64,000 nt of DNA from a virus, in IMG/VR virus record IMGVR_UViG_3300046786_000502, positions 52,894 to 116,893 of that record; one strand, given 5' to 3'. Position 1 is the first letter of the stretch. Each line of letters begins with the position of its first letter. Of the stretch, positions 21,956 to 32,041 are shown one piece after another. The translations under genes were made by a program, and so were the position numbers. The notes beneath the pieces are model-generated. The model did no database searches. It worked only from the letters and a program-made list of their open reading frames with translations, and was not told the origin of the DNA.

Positions 21956-22232
21956 AAATGCATGGAAGTCTAGAGCACAGTGCAAAGGGTTTGACACAGA
22001 ACTATTCTTTGACAAGTATGAAGAAGATGTTGAGTTAAGAGCTGACGTTGATGAGCTGTGTGCCATGTGCCCAGTAGCACGTCAATGCTTTGCTACTGGA
22101 GTATCCCAAAAAAGTTGGGGTGTCCATGGTGGAGTTTACCTAGTAGATGGTGAAATCTCTAGAGAGTTTAACAATCATAGAACAAAGGCAAAATGGTCAG
22201 AGACATGGAAGAACCTAACAATGGACAAATAA
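21936..22232 (+). CDS. whiB: WhiB-family Fe-S transcription factor
   Basis: W..RAQC, LFF, CAMCPVARQC, WGVHGG. Confidence 0.88.
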   Translation: MQVKENRNAWKSRAQCKGFDTELFFDKYEEDVELRADVDELCAMCPVARQCFATGVSQKSWGVHGGVYLVDGEISREFNNHRTKAKWSETWKNLTMDK

Positions 22233-22798
22233 ATGGCCATATAGACGGGCTATTTATTGAAAAAGATACAACGGTGTACTCTGAGGGAAACTTTGTTGGA
22301 TATGGTTTTGATAGGGTTAGTAGCATTAAGCAGGAATTGTTTGGTGTTATTAGAAATAAATACTCTAACTTTAATGTTTTCAGTGATGTTCTAGAGTCTG
22401 ATAAAACCATAACCGCAGTTGTATTTTTTGAAGATGCTGACGTTGAGTTATTGGGTGTAAAAATACACGTTGCACAAGGATCAGTCTTTGCATCTACAAA
22501 ACAGATTGATCTTGATGCAATCTCTAGTGTTCCTAACATTGCCTTTCATTTTGGGTATGGTCCAAGATCTGCAACAGTTTTTGGAAATGGTAGTAACGAG
22601 TATGAAGTGTCAGTATTGATTCGTGATACATACAAGGTCAGGATTTTTGCTAACTCAAAAGATGAAGCACTCAGTATAGCTGATGACATCCCACTTCATG
22701 ATTGGGAGCATCCAGATGTACTAGAGGATGCACACCTGGAAGATAGACGTATAATTCGTCACTGTAGATGGGGAAACCTGTCAGTTAAGGAACTATAA
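22205..22798 (+). CDS. Hypothetical protein
   Basis: Long ORF in operon; start uncertain. Confidence 0.6.
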   Translation: MEEPNNGQINGHIDGLFIEKDTTVYSEGNFVGYGFDRVSSIKQELFGVIRNKYSNFNVFSDVLESDKTITAVVFFEDADVELLGVKIHVAQGSVFASTKQIDLDAISSVPNIAFHFGYGPRSATVFGNGSNEYEVSVLIRDTYKVRIFANSKDEALSIADDIPLHDWEHPDVLEDAHLEDRRIIRHCRWGNLSVKEL

Positions 22799-23043
22799 TG
22801 TACACAGATGATATGCGAAGAGCATTTAGATCTTTAGATCACCATAAACCAGCAGGGTTTAAACTAAGCATTATAGACAATGAGCATTTCCTTACTGTCA
22901 GTGCTAGTGAGCCTGACTTTTTTAGGCTTGATATTGATGGAAAAATGCAAGCTGTTCAGTATATGATGATGGTCAAAAATGCACTAGAAATGAATGGTGC
23001 TATTGTAATGCTAGTTCGTGAGGGTGGAAAAGAAGACACATGA
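22798..23043 (+). CDS. Hypothetical protein
   Basis: Stop/start overlap; MYTDDMRRAF. Confidence 0.65.
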   Translation: MYTDDMRRAFRSLDHHKPAGFKLSIIDNEHFLTVSASEPDFFRLDIDGKMQAVQYMMMVKNALEMNGAIVMLVREGGKEDT

Positions 23044-23186
23044 GAAAAAAGATAAAGATTGTTGCGTATTCACTGCTATCTATTAGTGCTGTAGGTGCTT
23101 TATATGTTGCTGCACAGTTGACAAAGCTTAAGGATTCGGATATACTAGAGGTACACTTTGACGAAGATGAAGAGGACCTATTTTAA
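23040..23186 (+). CDS. Small membrane protein (not in ORF track)
   Basis: MRKKIKIVAYSLLSISAVGALYVAAQ...EEDLF; ATGA and TAATG overlaps at both ends. Confidence 0.6.
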   Translation: MRKKIKIVAYSLLSISAVGALYVAAQLTKLKDSDILEVHFDEDEEDLF

Positions 23187-23674
23187 TGCAAACTTTTTTG
23201 CCATCCAAAGATTTTGATGTAGCTGCTAACATGCTTGATTCTAAGCGTCTTAACAAGCAGATTCTTGAATGCTACCAAATCCTAAAAGTATTGTCTAACA
23301 AAGATCCAAAAGCAGCGTGGCGTAATCACCCTGCTGTAAAGATGTGGCGTGGGCATGAACATGGACTATTTACCTACACACTTGCAATGGTTAAAGAGGC
23401 AAACAAGCGTGGCATTAAAACAGATAAGAATATGGAAAACCTAATTGCACTTCGTGTTGTATTCATATCTGAGTGGGGCAGTGGATTTCCTTCTTGGTAC
23501 TACAATAAGAGTGAAATGAAGAGAATTACAACCACACACAGAGCACGTTTATATGTGAAAGATCCAGTATATTATTTTGACTTTGTTTCCTATCAGGACC
23601 ACGAAGCAAATAAGCCATGCTGCGATGGGTGTAACTACTATTGGCCAACTCATATGGAGAAGGTGCTATCTTGA
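23186..23674 (+). CDS. MSMEG_6728-family / pyrimidine-dimer DNA glycosylase-like protein
   Basis: MQTFLP, LDSKRLNKQILE, WRNHPAVKMWRG, HRARL, YYWP. Confidence 0.85.
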   Translation: MQTFLPSKDFDVAANMLDSKRLNKQILECYQILKVLSNKDPKAAWRNHPAVKMWRGHEHGLFTYTLAMVKEANKRGIKTDKNMENLIALRVVFISEWGSGFPSWYYNKSEMKRITTTHRARLYVKDPVYYFDFVSYQDHEANKPCCDGCNYYWPTHMEKVLS

Positions 23675-24096
23675 TACAGACAATTATCACAGACCTATTA
23701 CTTTTGGTTCCAGTTGCAACAACAATTTTGCTAGCGTACCAGAGTATCAAAATGCGTATTAGCAACATAGAGCTTGCCCAAAGACTAGCACAATCAAGCA
23801 TTGACAAAGACATGCTTACTATTGAGTTGGATAGGGCATATGAAGATAAAAAGCTTGTTGAGTCTCAGGAGTTTATGCTGTTTTTAAATAAAACTAGAGA
23901 TGATGCGTTTGAGTATATTGAGAATGTACAGCAAGAATTAGATAGGTTTGATAAAACCGTATCACCAATTCTTGAATATCATCAAACATATGGAACAGTC
24001 CTTGGTGAAACAGTTGACTGGAAAAATATGGAAGTTGTAAACAAAGCATACAAGAGGCTCAAGAAGATTATGCCAGAATCCGCCAAGAACAATTAA
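23671..24096 (+). CDS. Membrane-anchored coiled-coil protein
   Basis: GGAGAAGG RBS, TTG start, TM then FL..TRDDAFEYIENVQ. Confidence 0.6.
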   Translation: MIQTIITDLLLLVPVATTILLAYQSIKMRISNIELAQRLAQSSIDKDMLTIELDRAYEDKKLVESQEFMLFLNKTRDDAFEYIENVQQELDRFDKTVSPILEYHQTYGTVLGETVDWKNMEVVNKAYKRLKKIMPESAKNN

Positions 24097-24141
24097 TTGG
24101 TGACATGGTATAATAATAGAAACAATTCCTAGGAGGAAAAA

Positions 24142-24420
24142 ATGAATGAACAACTAAAGGCAATCCTTGCATCATATGGACGCTCAGTCCTTGCAGGTGC
24201 TGCAACACTATACATGGCTGGAGTTACAGATCCAAAGGATCTCGTATACTCTCTAGTCGCTGCTATTGCACCAGTTGCACTTCGCTACATCAATCCAAAC
24301 GACAAGGCTTTTGGTCGCTTGCCAAAGGTCGAAGAGGTTGAGGTTGCAGTAAAGAAGGCAACACCTAAGAAGGCTCCAGTCAAGAAGACTGCTGCAAAGA
24401 AGGCTCCAACAAAGAAGTAA
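24142..24420 (+). CDS. Holin-like membrane protein with Lys/Ala-rich tail
   Basis: SYGRSVLAG, APVALRYINPNDKAFG, KKAP repeats; AGGAGG RBS. Confidence 0.65.
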   Translation: MNEQLKAILASYGRSVLAGAATLYMAGVTDPKDLVYSLVAAIAPVALRYINPNDKAFGRLPKVEEVEVAVKKATPKKAPVKKTAAKKAPTKK

Positions 24421-24428
24421 TGGAGAAG

Positions 24429-24454
24429 GTGAGGGGGGCCAAAATCCCCCTCAC
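24429..24454 (+). terminator. Stem-loop
   Basis: GTGAGGGGG...CCCCCTCAC after stop; no U-tract on +. Confidence 0.5.
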
Positions 24455-24465
24455 TAAACAAAACT

Positions 24466-25416
24466 ATGAATAACTCAGTTTTTATTATTGTGCCTGCCTA
24501 CGAAGAGACTAGGCTTATAGATACACTACGTAGCTGTATCGATAATGCAGTGTACCCAGAGAGGTTGCGATTTGCAGTAGCACTACAGTATAAGGAGTTG
24601 CCAGAGCCAGATCTATCTGAATTTGCCGAATATATTGTAGGCATAGACAGATATGATGTTGATACACGTCCTGGACTAACAAGAATTAGATACAATCTTG
24701 TAAACAATTACTTTACTGATGAAGAATTCTTCATGTCAATTGATGCCCACAACCAGTTTGATAAGAGTTGGGACGAAACTTTGTATAATGATTATGCAGA
24801 GTTGGTCTCTAAATATGGAAACAAGGTTGTATATTCTAAGCAAGTGGCAGACTACTATGGCAAAATTGAAAGAGATATTCTAGAGGTAACTCGCTGGGAA
24901 TTCAACAAAGATTTTTCTAATCCAAAGGTAGCTAGTTCTTATGGCATTGATCAAAACCATACAATCATTGGAAATATTTTTGGTGCACCACAGTGGATAA
25001 ATTCTCCAGATAAGTTTGTAAAGACACAGTTTATTTCTATGCACCTTGCCTTTGCACCAAGAGACTGGGTTCTAGAGGTTGGTGTCAATCCTGATTTGCA
25101 GGTTTTTGGAGAAGAAACTTTTAGGTCGATAGTTTCATACATGGCTGGCTGGGACACATATGCAAGAACTGATTATAACCACCTTGGACATATGCCAAAG
25201 GTAGGGGATCCAAATAAAAAGCATATGTATGATATGTGGTGGGACCTGAAAGAGCTAAGAGATGACCCACTAGAGACAGTTCTAGAGCAAGATAAATGCA
25301 TCATACTTAATGATGGAAAATTCTCTGCCTATTTTGAACGCTCTCCATTTGATTTTTGGAATGAGATTGGGTACGGAAATCTATTCCCAAAGCTTGTTTC
25401 TTTAGTAAAAAAATGA
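24466..25416 (+). CDS. GT60/Gnt1-like glycosyltransferase
   Basis: VFIIVPAYEE, FFMSIDAHNQFDKSWD, FGEE..RS..SYMAGWD. Confidence 0.78.
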   Translation: MNNSVFIIVPAYEETRLIDTLRSCIDNAVYPERLRFAVALQYKELPEPDLSEFAEYIVGIDRYDVDTRPGLTRIRYNLVNNYFTDEEFFMSIDAHNQFDKSWDETLYNDYAELVSKYGNKVVYSKQVADYYGKIERDILEVTRWEFNKDFSNPKVASSYGIDQNHTIIGNIFGAPQWINSPDKFVKTQFISMHLAFAPRDWVLEVGVNPDLQVFGEETFRSIVSYMAGWDTYARTDYNHLGHMPKVGDPNKKHMYDMWWDLKELRDDPLETVLEQDKCIILNDGKFSAYFERSPFDFWNEIGYGNLFPKLVSLVKK

Positions 25417-25479
25417 TATAATAGATTGTCTGCCCAAACGGGGGACACAAAACTCGCTTAATAAAAGGAGATGATATCT

Positions 25480-25884
25480 ATGGTATATACATACGTAGAC
25501 CCATTTAAGACCTTTGCAGCACTTGGTCAGGAATTTGACAAGATGTTCAAGGCAACCGCAGTAGCAAGCAACTATCCACCACACAACCTTATCAAAGAGG
25601 ACGATGAAAATTTTGTCCTTCAGTTTGCTGTTGCTGGATTTAAAAAGGAGAATATCAGCATCTCTGTTGAGAATGGTATTCTAACAGTGTCTGGCGATAA
25701 GCCTGATGCAGATGAAACAAACTATGTGCACAAGGGTATTGCTACACGTAGATTTGCTCGATCATTCAACCTGCCTGAGTATTTTGAGGTAGGACTGGCT
25801 AACTATGAGGATGGCATTCTATCTATTGATCTATTCAAGGATGTGCCTGAAGAGAAGAAGCCAAAAACAATTGTAATTCAATAA
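25480..25884 (+). CDS. Small heat-shock protein Hsp20 (IbpA-like)
   Basis: NYPPHN, AVAGF, HKGIATRRFARSF, YEDGILSI, PEEKKP. Confidence 0.93.
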   Translation: MVYTYVDPFKTFAALGQEFDKMFKATAVASNYPPHNLIKEDDENFVLQFAVAGFKKENISISVENGILTVSGDKPDADETNYVHKGIATRRFARSFNLPEYFEVGLANYEDGILSIDLFKDVPEEKKPKTIVIQ

Positions 25885-25891
25885 GGCAGTT

Positions 25892-25919
25892 AACCCTGGG
25901 CATGGTTTAAAACTGCCCA
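25892..25919 (+). ncRNA. Repeated H-type pseudoknot, copy A
   Basis: AACC-C-TGGGCA-T-GGTT-TAAAAC-TGCCCA, 7 nt after the hsp20 stop. Confidence 0.7.
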
Positions 25920-25940
25920 CATTATGCTATAATTAAGCTT

Positions 25941-26390
25941 ATGGATAATTCAACTATTGTGAGCCAGCTACAAGCATTGCTGGCAGATAACATTGCTCTA
26001 AAATTTAAAGCACACGGATACCACTGGAATGTTGAAGGAGATGACTTCAAACAGTTCCACGATTTTTTCGGGGATATCTATGAAAATTATGATGCTGCAA
26101 CAGATACATATGCAGAGTGGATAAGAGTATTCCAAGCGTATGCCCCATACAGATTGGTAGATTTCTTTGATGCCTCATCTGTTGGCGAACCATCTATTGT
26201 AGGTGACCCACAGCCAATGCTAGCTGACTTATATACATCTATTGAAAAACATATTGCAGACTTAATAGTTGCAGGAAAGATGGCTACTGCAGCAAATGAA
26301 TTTGGGTTGGCAAACTTTTTTGCAGATCGTCAAACTATTTCACAAAAATTCTGCTGGCAAATTCGTGCAAGTATTGAAATAGAAGATTAA
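25941..26390 (+). CDS. dps: Dps/ferritin-like protein
   Basis: KAHGYHWNVEG..F..FH.FFGDIY, DTYAEWIR, final W. Confidence 0.88.
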   Translation: MDNSTIVSQLQALLADNIALKFKAHGYHWNVEGDDFKQFHDFFGDIYENYDAATDTYAEWIRVFQAYAPYRLVDFFDASSVGEPSIVGDPQPMLADLYTSIEKHIADLIVAGKMATAANEFGLANFFADRQTISQKFCWQIRASIEIED

Positions 26391-26410
26391 AAAACTGATA
26401 TAATAATATT

Positions 26411-26500
26411 GTCCCTCATACAGGCCTACGCTTAGGATGGATTAGTTACCTATTTTATGACCGTGGCCTTCGTGCTTGAATAGCCTGTATGGGGGCTTTT
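26411..26500 (+). ncRNA. Candidate ~88-nt small RNA
   Basis: TGATATAAT promoter at 26396; ends pair (CATACAGGC/GCCTGTATG extended by GTCCC/GGGGC); followed by TTTT; no ORF. Confidence 0.55.
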
Positions 26501-26533
26501 ATGTTATAATTGGTATGTAAAGAACGGATTATA

Positions 26534-27586
26534 ATGAAACTTGAGCTACAGAGTGTCTTGGAGCAAAGAAGACAAAACAACAAACTGAAGACTGATAACA
26601 TTTTGCCAGTACCATGGGTTGAATTCAAAGACACTTATGAAAAAGCTTTTGCAGAAATAGATCCATACAAGACAGATTATTTGGCTATTTCTGCTGGTAA
26701 TTCATTTTCATCAAAAGTAAAAGGTCAGAATGAATTGGATGATCAATCTGTAATTTATGACTTTGCTGGCCCAGGCAAGAAGGTAGTCCTTACCCTATAT
26801 CACCAGTGGTATCATTTTCTGTTAGACACCCTAGTCTATGTATATCAAGCTTGGAAATATGACAAAGACATAAAATTTATTTTTATTGAAGATCTGAAGC
26901 ATTCACAATATTTTGAAGAAAAGCTAATGCCATTTCTATTAAAGTTTTTAAACCATTTTAATATTACAAATTATTCTTTTATTAAAAGAGAAGCTTTTCA
27001 AAAAAATCCTGTTCTACTAATTAATAACTATTATTATGAAAAATTAGAGTTTGGATCAGATATTTATTGGATGTGTAATGAATTTATTAAAGATATGTAC
27101 CCAGATGATGATGCTGAGCCATTCAGGAAAGTATACATATCAAGAAGAAAAAATTATGTTAAACGATCTGATGACCAGGGCTTTGTTCAACAAGAAGGAT
27201 TTGATGTGTCACGTGTTGGCAATGAAGAGGCCGTAGAGGATTATTTTAAAAAATATAATTGGGAAATTATGTACCCTGAAGATTTTGATTCAATAGATGA
27301 TCAAGTTAAATATTTAAGAGAAACAAAATATTTGATGGGGGCATCTAGTGCTGGTTTGATAAATGCTTGCTTTATGAAGCCAGGGACCAACTTGGTTGAA
27401 CTACTAACCACAATACACATGTTAAAAGCAGGTGAGCATCAGACACAATTCCACGTGCTATATACGGTTATGTGTTGGAGCCTTTCTATTTTCCATGCCT
27501 CAATTCCAAATATTAAAAATGAGTTAGCCCTTTTTGAATTCATAGAAAGCAATAAGCATGCCAAAGAGCTTATACAGAACACGTAA
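26534..27586 (+). CDS. Glycosyltransferase family 61 (DUF563)-like protein
   Basis: WYHFLLD, KVYISRR, PEDF.SIDDQV, SSAGLINACFMKPG..LVEL. Confidence 0.82.
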   Translation: MKLELQSVLEQRRQNNKLKTDNILPVPWVEFKDTYEKAFAEIDPYKTDYLAISAGNSFSSKVKGQNELDDQSVIYDFAGPGKKVVLTLYHQWYHFLLDTLVYVYQAWKYDKDIKFIFIEDLKHSQYFEEKLMPFLLKFLNHFNITNYSFIKREAFQKNPVLLINNYYYEKLEFGSDIYWMCNEFIKDMYPDDDAEPFRKVYISRRKNYVKRSDDQGFVQQEGFDVSRVGNEEAVEDYFKKYNWEIMYPEDFDSIDDQVKYLRETKYLMGASSAGLINACFMKPGTNLVELLTTIHMLKAGEHQTQFHVLYTVMCWSLSIFHASIPNIKNELALFEFIESNKHAKELIQNT

Positions 27587-28403
27587 TTTTAATCAGATTG
27601 CTGAATTACTGAATGGGGCAGTCCTAGAAAAAAGATCTACCAATGTAGATAAGCTTAGGTCTGAGTATAGATACTATTATGCATGCAATACTGTTATGCA
27701 AAGATATATGGTAAAACCGTTTAGCTTTAAGGTTGAAAGCGGAGAGGCCTCATATCGTATGCATAATTTGAAGTCTCCAGACTTGGGATATCTTTATGCT
27801 AATGAAATGCTAACTGAAGATATGTTTAAGGCCTTCCTCAATAGCTTTGATATCTTTAGAAATTCTGAAGGTGCTAAGCCATTTCATCCTGCAGAATCCT
27901 ACAGTTTAGTGGTGCGAAAAGCTAAAACTAGAATTCTGGATATGTATGGCGGTACATTGCCACAAGATAAGAGAGAGTTGATTCGTAGACTTGATCTTGC
28001 ATACAATCACTACAATAACTTTAGACTTACATCGTTTGCCAGACCATCACATGGAGACCCATGCTTGTCAAATGTTGTCATCACAAAAAGTGGAAATGTA
28101 AAGATGTTTGATCCCAAGGGTATAGAGTTTTTCTATTTAGATGAATACTATGACATTGCAAAAATATCACAGAGTATTCATGGTGGCTATGAGCATATAG
28201 TTCATGACAAGACCAATTTTGTTCCACAATACCAATCAATTTTTGAAAAATATCTAGATGCTAATAAAATAAACATTGGGCTAGTGCGTGTGTATGAGGC
28301 ATCGCTGTTTATATCTATGTGTCCAATGCACCAGGATAGACCTGACCATATAGATAGATTTTTTAATACGGCAGATAAGATACTGAAAGAGGTTAACTTT
28401 TGA
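27558..28403 (+). CDS. APH/choline-kinase-like phosphotransferase
   Basis: HGDPCLSNV, FDPKG, YYDIAKISQS. Confidence 0.8.
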   Translation: MPKSLYRTRNFNQIAELLNGAVLEKRSTNVDKLRSEYRYYYACNTVMQRYMVKPFSFKVESGEASYRMHNLKSPDLGYLYANEMLTEDMFKAFLNSFDIFRNSEGAKPFHPAESYSLVVRKAKTRILDMYGGTLPQDKRELIRRLDLAYNHYNNFRLTSFARPSHGDPCLSNVVITKSGNVKMFDPKGIEFFYLDEYYDIAKISQSIHGGYEHIVHDKTNFVPQYQSIFEKYLDANKINIGLVRVYEASLFISMCPMHQDRPDHIDRFFNTADKILKEVNF

Positions 28404-29089
28404 TTAACGTTGTTGTTCTGATGTCTGGTCTTGGAACCAGATTCTATAATAGTGAATTTGAAAAGCCAAAGCCTTTTATAGAAGTAAATGGAAAAGAGAT
28501 GTATCTAAGGTCTGCTCACAACTGTCCTGGTGATCGTTTTGTGTTTGTTGTTCAAAAAGAAAATTCTATTCGTTTCAACATGCACACCAAGGTTTTTTCT
28601 GAGTTTGAGTCTTCTGTGATTATTGAGTTGGATGGCGTTACATCAGGTCCTGCTGTATCTGCACTAAAAGCTGCAGAATGGATTGATAACGACAATGAAC
28701 TGTTGATTATAAATTCTGATCAAGAATTATTGTGGAATTATGATGACTTTATTTCTAAGGCAAGGGAGTCTGATGGTTGCGTTGTGGTTGTTGAACGAGA
28801 GGGAGACCGCTGGTCTTTTGCAAAAGAAGTAGATGGTGTCGTTACACTGATAGCTGAAAAAAATCAAATAAGTAAAAATGCATTGTGTGGAATACATTAT
28901 TTCAAAAAGGGTAGTGATTTTATTAAGTATGCAAAACAAATGTTAGAAGACGATAATAAAGTTAATAATGAATTCTATGTATCTAACGTATATAACTATG
29001 CCATTGAAGATGGCAAAAGAGTAACAATCTATAAAGCAGACGATATGCTTGATTATGGAACACCAGAAAGCTTGAGGGCCTATATATAA
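28400..29089 (+). CDS. Sugar-phosphate nucleotidyltransferase-like protein
   Basis: MSGLGTRF, PKPFIEV, NSDQ, AEK, NNEFYVS, GTPE. Confidence 0.85.
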   Translation: MINVVVLMSGLGTRFYNSEFEKPKPFIEVNGKEMYLRSAHNCPGDRFVFVVQKENSIRFNMHTKVFSEFESSVIIELDGVTSGPAVSALKAAEWIDNDNELLIINSDQELLWNYDDFISKARESDGCVVVVEREGDRWSFAKEVDGVVTLIAEKNQISKNALCGIHYFKKGSDFIKYAKQMLEDDNKVNNEFYVSNVYNYAIEDGKRVTIYKADDMLDYGTPESLRAYI

Positions 29090-30600
29090 TGCTTAATCTA
29101 TTAGGAATCAACAGATATGATCCAAAAGACATTGCACCACGTGTGATTGAAACTTTGAAAAATAGTCAAATAATTTTTGGAGAGCATGAGGATGCAGCCA
29201 AAGAATTTATGAAGATGGTTGGTGTAGACTATTCAAACAAAGAAGTCTATGAGGTAAATGCCAGCAATGAATCTAAATATGCTAGATGGGCGGTAGAACA
29301 GGTTAGGCTTGGTAAAAGCATTTCATTCCTTACTGGGGATGGGTATCCAGTTATTACAGATCCAGGATATAAGCTAGTAAATACGTTTATTCAAAATGCT
29401 GAAGAGATTCGTGTATACCCTCAAGTATCTGCAATTGTTTCATCTGTTATCTTGTCTGGATATCTTGGTGCAAACAATGAGACATTCTTTTATGGTGGGA
29501 TGCTAGATTTCATGGACGAGAAGATGAAGCTAGAAGCAATGTCCTCAAGGGATACTATTGCGGTTTATCTGTTCCAGGGCACTTTTCCTGCAATAAGAAA
29601 TCTTGAAGAAATATATGGACCAGAACGTGATGTAGTTATTTGTGTAAACATGGGTCACGACACACAACAGGTTATCCACACTAAGGTTGGATTTTTGGCC
29701 AATGGGATTCCTGGAAAATCTATTTATGCTACTTTTGTAATTGCTCCAATAAATAGAGAGTCATTCTTTAATATGAACAAAATGCCAAACAACGTTCTTG
29801 AGTATGGCAACTTAAAAGAAATTGGAATACAGCAAAGAACTAATTATATTCATAATAGTTTTAATTTTAGGTGTGATGAGTTTACCCAAAACCATTCTGA
29901 AAAACTACACGTTCTTTTTAGTGGTTGCTCTAATACTTGGCCACAGGCAATTGATGAGGACAGGGGCTGGGCAAAACAAATGTACTACAGCCTAGATCAA
30001 TCATATAATTTAAGTGGATACTACAATCTTGGAATGCCTGGTTCTACCATATCTGAGATTTGTCAAAATGTAATGAGTTATTGTAAGATTTTTGGCAAGC
30101 CAAAAATAATATTTTTAAATCTCCCAGATGCTGGTAGAGAATCAAATATTCCAGAGAGTCCAAACAGTAAAGATGAGTATACATCTTTTGAAAAACAACA
30201 GTATGCAGACAAGGAATATGAAAAGCTTGAGGGATATTGTGCTGTAAACAACATATTGCTAATTACTTTTAGCTGGACAGACACTATGGTTAAATCTGGA
30301 GGCTACGTTCTTTCTAACCTTAAAGAGCTGCTTGGTAAAAATCACAAAAATGTATCTATATCAAATAAGTTTAATACGTATAAACATTTTGATAAAAATG
30401 ATTTTAAAGAATATGTAGTGAAATACTTCGAGGATAACCCAGAAGATCATGATGCTGATGTGGCAAGGGATGCTGATCACCCAGGTCACGCCATACATTG
30501 GGCATGGTACAATTGCTTATATGAAATGTTTACAAAAAATACTCAATACCTTAGCTTCATTGAAGGCTTCAAGAAGGTACAAGAAAGCAATCAAGCGTAA
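29089..30600 (+). CDS. Fusion of an RsmI-like tetrapyrrole-class methyltransferase and an SGNH-like domain
   Basis: N-half: GYPVITDPGYKLV, SAIVSSVILSG; C-half: NSFNFRCDEF, FSGCSNTW, DADHPG. Confidence 0.7.
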   Translation: MLNLLGINRYDPKDIAPRVIETLKNSQIIFGEHEDAAKEFMKMVGVDYSNKEVYEVNASNESKYARWAVEQVRLGKSISFLTGDGYPVITDPGYKLVNTFIQNAEEIRVYPQVSAIVSSVILSGYLGANNETFFYGGMLDFMDEKMKLEAMSSRDTIAVYLFQGTFPAIRNLEEIYGPERDVVICVNMGHDTQQVIHTKVGFLANGIPGKSIYATFVIAPINRESFFNMNKMPNNVLEYGNLKEIGIQQRTNYIHNSFNFRCDEFTQNHSEKLHVLFSGCSNTWPQAIDEDRGWAKQMYYSLDQSYNLSGYYNLGMPGSTISEICQNVMSYCKIFGKPKIIFLNLPDAGRESNIPESPNSKDEYTSFEKQQYADKEYEKLEGYCAVNNILLITFSWTDTMVKSGGYVLSNLKELLGKNHKNVSISNKFNTYKHFDKNDFKEYVVKYFEDNPEDHDADVARDADHPGHAIHWAWYNCLYEMFTKNTQYLSFIEGFKKVQESNQA

Positions 30601-30615
30601 GAAAGACTATATATA

Positions 30616-32034
30616 TTGAAAATCTTTGGCTTTAACGAAACCTCTCATGATGCTTCTGTGTCTGTAATTAAAAATGGAATGATTCTATTTGCTGGTCATG
30701 CTGAAAGATATAGCAAAGAAAAAAATGACTGGTATACGAACAAAGAATTGTGGAATGACGCATATATGTGGGGCAAGCCAGATGCCATTGCATACTATGA
30801 AAAGCCGTGGCTAAAGAAGATTAGGCTATCTTTGCGTGGTGGTGCTGCAGACTGGAAGCCATTACATAGATATGATGTTGCATTTAAACATCACTACTCT
30901 CATGCATGTGCAGGATACTATACTAGCCCATTCGACAAGGCAGTAATTGTTGTCCTTGATGCGATGGGAGAGTTTGCGACATCTACTGTTTGGTCTGGCG
31001 ATGGCGAAGATATAAAGTTAGTCAAAGAAGTTAAATATCCGCTAAGCTTTGGTCTATTTTATACTGCTTTTACCAAACTAATAGGACTAAAGCCAAATGA
31101 GCACGAGTACATTCTTATGGGAATGGCAGGGTATGGAGATCCAACAACCTACTATGAAGACGTATTATCATATTTTCCCAGCATAACTAGCCAGAAGTAT
31201 AACTACCACAAGGGGATAACAGACTGGCCATACAACATTCTTAAAGAACAGGACAAGTTTGACATTGCTGCTGCTGTTCAGTTTGTATATCAAGAAAGAC
31301 TAATGGAGTTTATGTCTAAAGTTAGACAGGACCTACCAGAATACAATAATCTTGTTTTTATGGGTGGGTGTGCCCTGAATGCCTCAGCTAATACAAAGCT
31401 TTGGGATCTGTTTGATGATATTTGGATAATGCCAAATCCAGGAGATGCTGGAAGCTCTTTAGGTGCAGCTCTTGCACTACGTGGACAGCATGTTAAGTGG
31501 GAAGGCCCATATCTTGGGCATGATCTTGGTAACGAATACCCAGTTGATGCAATCTTTAATGAGATAATGACAAATAAAATTTGTGCTGTTGCTGCAGGTA
31601 GAGCAGAGTTTGGACCACGTGCATTAGGAAACAGAAGTATCTTGGCAGATCCACGTGACCCAGATATTAAAGATAAAGTTAATCTAATTAAACAAAGAGA
31701 ACTCTTTAGGCCATTTGCCCCTGTAGTCATGGCAGAACATGCATCTGAATGGTTTGATATGGATTATGAATCTCCATACATGCAATACACACCCAAGTGC
31801 CTCAAGCCTGAGCTGATTCCATCAGTGGTCCATGTAGATGGTACATCTAGAGTTCAGACAGTCACAAAGGAGCAGCATCCAGGGCTGTACGAGGTTCTGA
31901 GACGTTTTTATGAGGCAACTGGAGTTCCAGTACTACTGAATACCAGTTTAAATGTAAAGGGCCAACCATTGCTTAATGACAAAGAAGACATTAAGCTTTG
32001 GGAGCAAACATACAATACCAAGATTGTGATATAA
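30616..32034 (+). CDS. NodU/CmcH-family carbamoyltransferase
   Basis: HDAS, ERYS, HHYSHA, GGCALN, GDAGSSLGAA, EFGPRALGNRS, FRPFAP, HVDGTSRVQTV, LNTSLN. Confidence 0.93.
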   Translation: MKIFGFNETSHDASVSVIKNGMILFAGHAERYSKEKNDWYTNKELWNDAYMWGKPDAIAYYEKPWLKKIRLSLRGGAADWKPLHRYDVAFKHHYSHACAGYYTSPFDKAVIVVLDAMGEFATSTVWSGDGEDIKLVKEVKYPLSFGLFYTAFTKLIGLKPNEHEYILMGMAGYGDPTTYYEDVLSYFPSITSQKYNYHKGITDWPYNILKEQDKFDIAAAVQFVYQERLMEFMSKVRQDLPEYNNLVFMGGCALNASANTKLWDLFDDIWIMPNPGDAGSSLGAALALRGQHVKWEGPYLGHDLGNEYPVDAIFNEIMTNKICAVAAGRAEFGPRALGNRSILADPRDPDIKDKVNLIKQRELFRPFAPVVMAEHASEWFDMDYESPYMQYTPKCLKPELIPSVVHVDGTSRVQTVTKEQHPGLYEVLRRFYEATGVPVLLNTSLNVKGQPLLNDKEDIKLWEQTYNTKIVI

Positions 32035-32041
32035 TTTTAGT

